In this document: positions 53,750 to 64,000 of the stretch, one piece after another
Layout: the number at the start of each line of letters is the position of its first letter
How positions within the stretch are numbered: the stretch's first letter is position 1
NCBI GenBank assembly: GCA_951406725.2
Contig: OX597836.1
Coordinates: 744,001-808,000 of the forward strand
DNA from: Octopus vulgaris
Taxonomy: Eukaryota
DNA length: 64,000 nt
Direction of reading: 5' to 3'
Notes under the pieces: model-generated
Databases searched by the model: none
What the model was told of the DNA's origin: nothing
What the model saw: only the letters and a program-made list of their open reading frames with translations
Position numbers and translations under genes: made by a program

Positions 53750-56700
53750 TATTCCTCACAGGTAGATTGTGAACAGTGAAGAACCAAGAAACCCTGCAAC
53801 AGAAGCCAGGCCCCTTTCTTCTGTAGATTCCAAAACATTAAGATAGCAACTTTAAATGTAGACACAATGAAAAGAAGGTCTAATGAGATTGAGATTGCAG
53901 AGATGTTGGAGCAGAGACAAGATGGAAGGGATCTGCAACAAAACTCCTCGTGAGTAGGAGACAGCAGTTTAAACTTTTCAGAGTCAGTGATGGTAATGGA
54001 GAGGTTGGGTAGGTATACTGTTAGCTGAGAGATTGACAAATAAAGTAATAGAGGTAGTCAGGGTATCATTATCATCATCACCATCATCGTTTAACGTCCA
54101 TTTCCTATGCTGGTATGGACTAGATGGTTTGACAGGACAATTGTCTGTTGTGGCATGGTTTCTATGGCTGGATGCCCTTCCTGACTCCAAGGGTAGGATA
54201 ATTAAATTAATATCAATTATTGGCAACACAACAGCAGCATTTATCTTGGCATACACCTCTCAGATAGGACTACCAGAAGAACAGAAAGACTGCTTCTATG
54301 AGACCCTTTTGCAGACTATCTCAGCGATGAGTGACAGGGACCTCATTATCAAAGATGGTGACTTCAATGGACATGTTGGTCAAGTCAATACATTGATAAC
54401 GTTCATGATGTACATGTCTATGGCTCAAGAAATGAAGTGGGTGTAATGCTTCTGGAGTTTTGTGATGCAATTGATCTAAGAATTTGCAAGACACTCTTTA
54501 AGAAACCATCTCTTCACTTCATAACCTACCAATCTGGCAAATTCATAAGTCAGATTACATTCTTGCCAGGAAATGGGACAGAAGGATCTTTATGAATATG
54601 ACAATCTTTCCTGGGGAAAAATATACTTTGCAACATGAGGGATTTCTGTATCAGAGCTAGGCAGACACAGACAAGGGTAACAATAATTTGAAGGAAAGTT
54701 TGGAAATCAAAGGATCCAGCAATCAGAAATAGGTGTAGAGAAATTCTGATGCTCATGACTGTAGGGGTGAATGTTTAGATACCAGTAACAAAGATGGTAA
54801 CTGGGAATTTCTATGAGTTAATGCAGATCTGAAACAAAGTCCCAGCCAAGCAAAAAGTAACATGATGGTAGATGATAAAGTTGATGATAAAGAGACTGGT
54901 TTGGAAAGACTGAAATGATGGGTACTTTGTTAAAGGTGAGGCAGAAAAGAAGAGATTTGCACATGTCCTGCAATGTGAGGATTAAAGGCAGGGAGTGGTC
55001 AGGATTGTGAGACAATGTGCAAGAGAGAACCAAGATGGCATTGGTGAAAAGTGTTTGGAATGATGACAGCAAGCTCACCATTGGTATGGAACAAAAGAAA
55101 CAGGCATGGAAGTGTTATTATGAAAGGTTGTTGAATATGAAGAATGCATGGGATAAGTAGGGATTACACATGCTGACCCAATAAAGGGACCGGTGATTTA
55201 AAGAAGAAATCATAAAGCAATCAAAGATATGAAGAAGTGGAAGCTGTGGGTCCACTGACAATAGTTGCAGAGATACTTAAAGTCTGGGGAAGTTGGATAC
55301 AAGACTACCATCCAGGTTGTTAATCAAGTCATTCATGAGGGTGTCATGCCTAACGACTGGTGTATCAGTATCATCATAACCTGCTACAAGGGTAAAGTGT
55401 TGCCGTAGAGAGAAGTAACTATAGGAAAATGAACTTCTAGATCAAGTTATGAAGGTCATGGAGAAAGACATTGCCCAGTTGATCCATTATAAAGTAGATC
55501 TAGATGAGATGCAGTTTAACTTTATTTCCAGAATAAGCACCACAAGTGCAATCTTCCTAGTGAGACAACTACAAGAGAAATACCTGGCTGAGAATAAACT
55601 GCTGTATCTAGCTTTCATTGATTTGGCGAACGCATTTAACAGGGTATTGTGTTCAGTAATCCTGTGGGCATCGAGAAAATAAGAAGTAGATGAGTAGCTT
55701 GTGTGGGCAGTTCAGGTTACATACAAGGATGCAGCAAGTGAAAGCTGGCAATGAATTTAGTGATAAATTTAACATCAAGTTTCACTCCTCAATCCTCTCG
55801 AATACATCGTAGTCCTACAAGCCAACAGAGAGGAGTTTAAGAATGGCTGTCCATGGAAATTCTTATGTGCTGATGACCAAGTTCTCATAACTGAATCAAT
55901 AGAAGAGTCAAAGAAGAAATTCCGGGCATGGAAGCTAAACCTGCAATTAAGAGACCTTAAAGTAAGCCTAGCAAAGACAAAGATTTTAGTAAACAGGAAA
56001 GAAGATAGGACTCTAACACCTTCGGGGAAAATGGCTTTGTTCAATGTGCAGAAAAGGAGTACGTATAAACTCAATATGCTGTACTCAATGTAAGCTATGT
56101 ACACACAAAAGATGTGGTGGAATCACTGGTAGATTATAAGAGAATGTAAACTTCATGTACTGTAGGTACACTGGAGCCATTCTTACACACACACTGGAAA
56201 TTGAGTCTCTTAAATGCCCAGACAGAACACTAGCAGTAGTTGATAGCTTTTGTTACCTAGGAGATGTAATTTAGCAAGGGAGGAGGTTGCCCTGAAAGTA
56301 TTGTGGCCGTGAGAACTGGTTGGAGAAAGTTCAAGAGGCTGCTACCACTGCTAACAACAAATAACTTTTGTCTAAGGGTGAAGGGCAGATTGTATGGCCT
56401 TTATGTTAGAATTGCAATGCTGCATGGTAATGAGACATGGGCCTTGAATGTAGAGGATATGAGAAGACTGGAAAGAATGAAGTGAGCATGCTTTGTTGGG
56501 AGTGCAATGTGTGCATGAAGGAATTGGAAGAAAAATGCTGAGTGAAAAACTGGGCATTGGAATCAGTTATTGTGTGCAAGAAAGAAGAGTGTGTGGGTAT
56601 ATACACATGATGAATATGGATAAAGACAGTTGTATGAAGAAGCACTGATTGTTAAGTATGGCCAGAACTTGCAGAAGAGGGTGACTCAAGAAGACTTGGG

Positions 56701-56838
56701 AGGATGTGGTTAAGGCTGACCTCAGGACCCTGAGCTTGATAGGAGATGACAAAAACTGGGATCTCTGACAATATGAAGAAAATTTCGTCTGACTTATGTA
56801 AGCATGGAAAAGTGAAAGTAGATGATGATGATGATGAT

Positions 56839-56840
<2 letters not shown>
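53750..56840 (+). mobile_element. Near-full-length decayed RTE LINE (APE and RT), with an RTE tail nested at 54066-54187
   Basis: IATLNVDTMKRRS, GDFNGHVG, FLVRQLQEKYL...AFIDLANAFNRV, LCADD, FCYLGD, (GAT)n tail. Confidence 0.93.
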
Positions 56841-56886
<46 letters not shown>

Positions 56887-57689
56887 AATGAATATATAGA
56901 TATACAAGTCCACACAAAGACAGCTCCATACTTTGCATTGAAACAAAATGACTTTTTGCAATAAAACAAGTCTCTTTGACATTGACAAAATAACTGTTGT
57001 GTGTGTCACATGCTAAACATCATATTGTGGCAATTTCAGACAGAATTGTTACAATACTGTCATTTTTTCCCTTTGTCTGAAGAGACCAAATTTACTGTTG
57101 TATATATACATACATATATATATATAAACACATACACATATATGTATGTGTATACACACACACATCTATATATAGATATAATGATTCTCTGTTGTTTGAC
57201 GATGAGGATTCCTTTGTCCCAACTGATTTACGACTTCATGTATTAATGTGTAAGTGATTGAGAATTTCAGAGATGTGTACCATTCTTGAAATTCTCAAGA
57301 TGAATAACACAGTGTGTGACAAGTTTGTATCCTTTTGAATTACAGCTACAATCCAACCAACAGTCTTCTATACAATTTTCATCTAAAATTTAGGTTGACT
57401 TGAGGTTATACTACCTGTGTGTGTGTGTGTGTGTAACTTTGTCTTTCCCTCATGTAATAGTTTTAAACAAACATGGCCATCATACAAACAATGCAATTCA
57501 TTTACAATCCTCTTGGGAAATATCAAGAGACAAGTAAGAGTTTGCAATGGAAAGCACATCTTGCTGTACAAAACCCACCTCAGCAAATTCTAATTGTCCC
57601 AGGCAAAGTATTTGGAAAAGTGGATGTATGATGTTGATGATGATAATAAAATTTCTTTGGAATGATGGAACTTGAAGCAAATAATAGTG

Positions 57690-57986
57690 GAGGCATCGCA
57701 GGGCTATTACTAAATATGGAGAATGACTGGGAGAGGAGCTTCCTAGTGTGAACACAATGGAGGGACAAAACAGTTTAGTTCATAGCAGAATGAGAGATAA
57801 AGGAATTAAGGTTATGATGTCAGGAGAAGCTCCTGGTCCAACAGAAATTACTACTGGTATTCTTAAAATACCAGGCAAAGAAGGATAAGGCTTAATCATT
57901 TATAAATAGTTAATCAGGTTGTACAGGAAAGTATCATACCCAACGACTGGTGTAGCAGCATCATAATAAACTGTTACAAGGGTAAA

Positions 57987-57988
<2 letters not shown>
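57690..57988 (+). mobile_element. RTE pre-RT fragment
   Basis: APGPTEI...PNDWCSSIIINCYKGKG. Confidence 0.8.
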
Positions 57989-58025
<37 letters not shown>

Positions 58026-58029
<4 letters not shown>

Positions 58030-59172
58030 GAAAACCTGGAAGGTTGGGAGTAGCAGGGAACTTTACCAGGTAGCCAAAAGGGAGACTGGGCGGCAGGTAT
58101 ACATAACCAAGGGCGAAGCGGAAAAGAAGAAGTTTGCCAATGTCCAGCGATGTGAGGACCAAAGAACTGAGGTATTTCGGATTGCTAGACAGTGTGTGAG
58201 AGAAAATAGTGATGTTACAGGAGAGAAATGTGTCCGCATGGATGATGGGGCACTTGCTTTTAATGATGGTGAAAAGAAAGAGGCTTGGAGAAGCCATTAT
58301 GAAAGACTGCTGAATGTGGAGAATGAATGGGAGGAGGAGAGCCTGCCAAATGTTGACCCAGTAGAGGGACCAGCTATCCGAATAGACAGCTCCCTTGTAG
58401 TTAAGGCAATTAAGGGTATGAAACCAGGTAAAGCTCCCGGCCCATCAGGATGTACTGCGGATGGATGAGGAGAGATGTATGAAGAAGTGCCACTCCCAAA
58501 CAGTTGAAGGTATCAGGGGAAGAGGTAGACCCAGGAAGACATGGGATGAGGTAGTCAAGCATGACCTCAGAGCGTTGGGCCCCACAGAGGCAATGACGAA
58601 GGACCAAGATCTCTGGAGATATGCTGTGACTGCAAAGACCCGGGCTGCTTCCTGCACCAGTCCCGCATAGCCCCTGCCCATTCAAAGTACCTTGGATTCC
58701 AGAACATCCCGCTGTGCTTGAGGAGACCTATTGAGTCAAGTACATGAACATCGAAATAAATATCAATGGAAATAGTAGTTGTGATACCTGTGCCGGTGGC
58801 ACATAAAAAGCACCATCTGAACGTGGCCAATGCCAGTGCCGCCTTGACTGGCTTCTGTACCGGTGGCACATAAAAAGCACCATCCGAACGTGGCCGATTC
58901 CAGCGCCGCCTTGACTGGCTTCCGTGCCGGTGGCATGTTAAAAGCACCAACCAATCGTGGCCGATGCCAGACTCCCCTGGTACCTGTGCCGGTGGCATGT
59001 AAAAAGCACCCACTACACTCACGGAGTGGTTGGCGTTAGGAAGGGCATCCAGCTGTAGAAACACTGCCAGATCAGACTGGAGCCTGGTGCAGGCCCTGGC
59101 TTCCCAGACCACGATTGAACCGTCCAAACCGTGCTAGTGCGGAAAATGGACGTTAAACGATGATGATGATGA
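58026..59172 (+). mobile_element. Young RTE with RT deleted internally
   Basis: ...KGMKPGKAPGPSG joined directly to VLRMDEERCMKKC...GRGRPRKTW; 3' UTR and tail. Confidence 0.9.
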
Positions 59173-60788
59173 TATATATATATATATATATACATACATA
59201 TATACATATGTACATATACAGACACAGACACACATGTTTAATCAATGCAACCATGTGTAACAATGTTGGCTGTTAAGATTTCAGACACAATCCATCTTAC
59301 AGGCTCCCATAGTTACAGCCTACTCAGTTTCACTGATAAGTCTTGGCCGAAAATGAAGCTTGCTCATGATTTGGATACTTCATGATTGCAAACTAAACTC
59401 CTTAACCACTCAGCCGCGCCTACTTTCAAATGAAGGCGTTTGTGCTTATGTATCTATATATACATATTCATATATGCATATATCTAGCCTTTAGATAGGT
59501 ACATTCATTTATATAAATATATCACATGTGTAGATAAATATAGAGATGTATGTGTGCATATTTATGTGTGCGCGCACACACGCACACACACACAGTGACA
59601 TTAATTAACCAATTTTTTCAACAGCAGTAAGTAGGATAAAGTAATATTGGATAGGATTATGTTAATAAGCTAATTACTCAGATCCTTGGCAGAGGCTAAT
59701 CTTATAATTAATATCTGGCTTACACTCAGTGACGACAGGTTTCTTCCCCCAAACACACACATACATGTATGCAGAAAGAAATGGAGAAGATAAGATGGGA
59801 TTAAGTGAATTAATGAAAAGGTTTATCTGATTTTTGAGACATTTTCAACAAATATGAATATTATTTTCTCATTTTTTACTTTTAAATGTGTGTGTGTGTG
59901 CGTGTGTATATATGTATATACATTTTATATATGCATGTATATCTGCATTTATTAAATATCTGTGTGTGTATTACATATATTAAAAATTTGGGCAGTAAAT
60001 ATTTGTTGTCGTGTGTGTGTGTGTGTGTGTGTGTATAATGTTCAGTTCCAACACAAACACACATACACACTTAAACCAACAAACAATAAATACCAAGACC
60101 CCTAGAGAAAAAAACCTCACATGTCACCTAGAAGGAGAAAAATATCTAAATGATGCTCAAAGAAACACACAACACACACACAGAATCTGGCATTTAACTG
60201 AAAGCATATGTATGAAAACTGTACAATACGTGTGCATACTGGGTACATTACCATCTATGTTAAACACCTAGCTTCTTTCCCTGACCCTAAACCTGCTTCA
60301 ACATCTAACCCCAATTGTCTCATAAACCAGTGGTATTTTCTATCCCCAACAATCATTCTATATTTATCTGTTCCCTAACTCTAAATGCAAAATCTAAATA
60401 GAGTTTCTCCTTTTTTTTTTAAGGGTTTTTGCTAAGTCTTCTTTATAGCTTTTGCTTATTTTTAGCGATTTTAGCACCTGAGTATGCTTATCTGAGGATT
60501 TTGGTTTTAAATAGCAAGACACCCCAATTTTCTTTGCATACTATCCAAATTAATTGGGACGGTACAAGGAGACGAGATGTAGGAGATGAGACAATGTTTT
60601 AAGCAGTATTTGTTGTTCATTTGTTCATGCTTGTTACGACTGCTGTTGCTATAGCTACTTATATATATGTGTGTGTGTGTGTGTGTTTCACTGTCCCCTG
60701 CCTTGATATCACATGATAGTGAAAAATGTGTCACTATAATGCAAGCATGGAAAAGTGAAGATTATAATGATGATGTCATACATGCATG

Positions 60789-60835
<47 letters not shown>

Positions 60836-60844
60836 TTATATATA

Positions 60845-61103
60845 TCATCATCATCACCATTTAGCATCTGTTTTCCATGCTAACATGGGTTGGGCAATTT
60901 GACCAGAACTGGCATGGCCAGGGGCCACACCAGGCCCCATTGTCTGTTCTGGCATTGTTTCTACAGCTGGATGCGCTTCCTAATATCAACCATACCACAG
61001 AGTGTACTGGATATTTTTTATGTGGCACTAGCACCAGTGCATTTAATGTGGCAAACTGTTCCAACCCATGCCAGCATAGAAGGCAGACATTAAATGATGA
61101 TGA
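60845..61103. mobile_element. Two RTE tails in inverted orientation
   Basis: Minus copy 60845-61040 and plus copy 61053-61103. Confidence 0.8.
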
Positions 61104-61168
61104 ACACATATATATATAGTTCTTCATTTCGAACTCAAACATTTACCTCTATTTAGCCATTTCACATT

Positions 61169-61215
61169 GTCTCTGATGACAGGATATCTATAATATCCTG
61201 AAACAGCTGCAAGAC
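61169..61215 (+). ncRNA. Minimal type-I hammerhead motif, probably inactivated
   Basis: GUCU-CUGAUGA-c-AGGAUAU(cuaua)AUAUCCU-GAAA-CAGCU-GCA-AGAC; GUA site changed to GCA. Confidence 0.7.
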
Positions 61216-61796
61216 TCTATCTATATCTTTTTCCTTATAAATGTCATGAAAATCTGTCTAACTTTTACAGAAAAGCAACATGCAGGGGCCTACTGGAACA
61301 TTATAATTCATCCCTAACCATCAGAGTTAAGATGGTCTACATTAGAAATGAGATCCACAGGACCATCATCATCATCATCATCATTGTTTAAATGTCCATC
61401 TTCCATGCATGCATGGGCAGTATGTGCAGAAAAATAGGAAGTGAAAACATGAACACCATGTTGATGGTCCTGATAGGGAATAACTACTCATATTCTTCTA
61501 CTAAACATCAGGATATCACCAGACCACCTAAAAAACAAACCCGCATATCCTAGGAAAACATGAACCTGCCACATCTTAATGAAAAAAGCAACTGCTGTAA
61601 TCAGTTGGGTGATCCAGAGAGATTGAATATATGATTGGCTCACCCCAAACCTTTCCCAAGGAGAGTTCTAGCCTATAATTAAATACAAGGATAAAATCTA
61701 TATCAGAATTTATCAAGTAGTTAGTGTGAAAAACCAGTTAAGGGAAAAATTTATACAAAATATATAATTAATTTATTCCCTTTTAAATACATTAAT

Positions 61797-61907
61797 TATA
61801 TTAAGGGTATTACTACAAGTGAATGCCTCATGTTATAAGGGACTTCAGTTTTGACTTTAAGAGTCCCTTATAGCGTGAGGCATTTATGTATAGTAATGCC
61901 CTTAATA

Positions 61908-61909
<2 letters not shown>
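61797..61909. repeat. 48-bp-arm foldback; right arm and loop also at 43715-43777
   Basis: tatattaagggtattac...aagggact / agtccctt...gtaatgcccttaatata. Confidence 0.9.
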
Positions 61910-61941
<32 letters not shown>

Positions 61942-62337
61942 TGCAAAAAATATAGATAAGATGAAGACAAGCTAAAAAACAACAGCATATTAGATTTACC
62001 CTCAGGAATTAGGAAAAATTAGAAGGAAGTGTCCCTCACAGTTTGAACATATGCTCTTCTTATGAAAGAATAGACAAGGAAAAGTAAATGGTGAAACAGA
62101 AGAACATATGTGCGTCTATAAAATTGCTACAATATACTGAAGTGACTGGAAGAGATAAAGAGATCGCAAGAGAATTTTCCAGCTCCAGTCAGCAGCAAGA
62201 CTGTTGTAGTATAGCCCCATATCTTTCTATTTCTTTTAACTTTTGATAATCAGAAAAATCTGTGAAACCAGTTAAGCATGTAAATATAAACCATCTAAAA
62301 GATTCCCAGTGCATTTTCAACATATTTTTTCTACCCA

Positions 62338-62377
<40 letters not shown>

Positions 62378-62384
62378 TTGCTAG

Positions 62385-63110
62385 ACCAGGTGATAAAAAT
62401 TACAGAAAGGATCATAGCTCAATTAATTAGAAAGTGAAGAAGCAGTGATGAGATGCAATTTGGTTTCATGCTAAGAAGAATCACTACCAATGCTGTCTTA
62501 CTGGTGTGGAAACTGCAAGAGAAGTACTTGGCCAAAAATAAACCTCTGCATTTAGCTTTAGTTGACATGGAGAAAGCCTTTGACAGGGACCCCCTTATCA
62601 GGTGAGCAATACGGAAGTTAGGGATAGATGGCTAATTGATGAAGCCTGTAAAACCCATGTACAGGGACACCATCAATTAGGTGAAAGTTGCCAATAAGTA
62701 TAGCAAGCAATATGGTGTTCAATTATGAATCCACCAGGTATGGAAGCAAGGTCTGGAATCAAAGAGCTTTAAAGTCAATTTAGCAAAGATCAAAATTCTA
62801 ATAAGTAGGAAAACAGACAAAATCACAGACCCCTTCAAGGAGATGGCTCTGCTCAATATGTAGAAAAGATGTTGGTAGAAACTCCATACAATGTATCCAG
62901 TGAAGGCTATGGACACATAAATGGTGTAGTGGTATCACTGGAAGATTAACAGAGAAAGTAGTCTTTACATGTGGCAGATGTGCAGGTCTGTTAAACACCA
63001 GAAATGTACAGAAACTAGACCCTTCAAATGTCTTGTGGCATCCTTAGAAGTAGAAGACAGTTTCTGCTACTTAGGTGACCAAATTAGCAGTGGTGGAGGT
63101 TGTTCCAAAA
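62385..63110 (+). mobile_element. RTE RT relic with internal deletion
   Basis: LQEKYLAKNKPLHLALVDMEKAFDR, CSICRKDVGRNSIQC...CGRC, FCYLGD. Confidence 0.88.
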
Positions 63111-63738
63111 GACCAAGTGTAATTGCAGCCTTAGTTTGTGACAGAACAAAACTTGAAGAGGAATAGAGAATTATATCTTTATGAAATAAAATTAACATAA
63201 AATCCCAATATTAAGTGAACATCAATTATTACCTTATATTGAAACGATTGTGAAGCTGAGATAAGTGAATGAATGAAATGTTCAGGTTAATTGCCTTTGT
63301 TTATCTTGTAGTGGGGAAATAAGTACTTGACCACATGATGTAAGCAACAGCTGCCCTTGAGAAATGCATTCCTTTTATTAGGCCACATTCATTAATATAT
63401 ATGATATAGTCCATTGGTAAACCATATAAGAGATATTTTCCATTAATACACATTTGAAGACGAAACATTCAGTGGTTTTTCCAATGACTGATTGAGGGTT
63501 ATGGTTACATTTATTCCTCAAAATATTTTAATTCATCATTGCTCTATTACATCATTGCAGACTAGGTTTTTGGTTTCTCTTGTAATATTTCTGGCAATAA
63601 TATCCATTGATTCTCTTTCAAGTCTTCCTTCAATGCATATTAAATTCAATTCCTTTTTTTTATAGTAATATAAGACATTGTCTGAAAGAGGTGTTAACTG
63701 CCACAAAGGAACAGAAAAGTACATTGAAAATATAACAA

Positions 63739-63825
63739 ATTTACCTACATACTGTTTTAAATGACAGGAATATGTTCTTGTTGATAAACTTACCTGCAAA
63801 TAAAAGAAGAAGAAAAAGAACATAA
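63739..63825 (-). promoter_or_regulatory. Candidate recursive splice site with 49-nt RS-exon
   Basis: Minus strand ttctttttcttcttcttttatttgcAG|GTAAGTtt (junction 63794/63793); no upstream AG until 63943; second donor TAG|GTAAAT at 63745/63744. Confidence 0.72.
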
Positions 63826-64000
63826 GTATTATTTGGTATCAATGTTTTTAGATAATCAAAAAAGATGATAATTTTAAAAACAGAAAAAAATTTACAGTAT
63901 GTATACATGGGCATATATATGTAGATACACAATTTCGAGTGACTTCACATAGACAATATACATAAACACATAGATAGGAATATGTATGCTGTATATATTT

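Noticed and set aside
58785-59010. CRISPR-like periodic repeats
   Set aside because: Spacers are homologous to each other, the context is a eukaryotic LINE UTR, and there are no cas genes

Overview
AT-rich, CpG-poor eukaryotic DNA with no confident host protein-coding exon. It is packed with (TA)n/(CA)n/(TAYA)n microsatellites and decayed transposons: RTE, CR1 and L2-like LINEs, Penelope-like pieces, tRNA-derived SINEs, Tc1/mariner, hAT, Helitron and piggyBac-like ends. The repeat families resemble those I recall from octopus genomes (inference, not a database match). Nearly all ORFs in the track are microsatellite or TE artefacts. The main non-TE signal is two minus-strand polypyrimidine-TTGCAG|GTAAGTTT junctions (63794/63793 and 23842/23841), about 40 kb apart. 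Each is followed 49 or 43 nt later by a second AG|GTA donor. This matches the architecture of recursive-splicing ratchet points with cryptic RS-exons and suggests the window lies in a giant, stepwise-spliced intron of a minus-strand gene. Secondary signals: minimal Penelope-type hammerhead motifs (two with a CCGANGA core), a PHD-like zinc finger inside the RTE reverse transcriptase, hairpin arrays in RTE 3' UTRs, and several foldback elements beside microsatellites. TE boundaries are approximate, read by eye.
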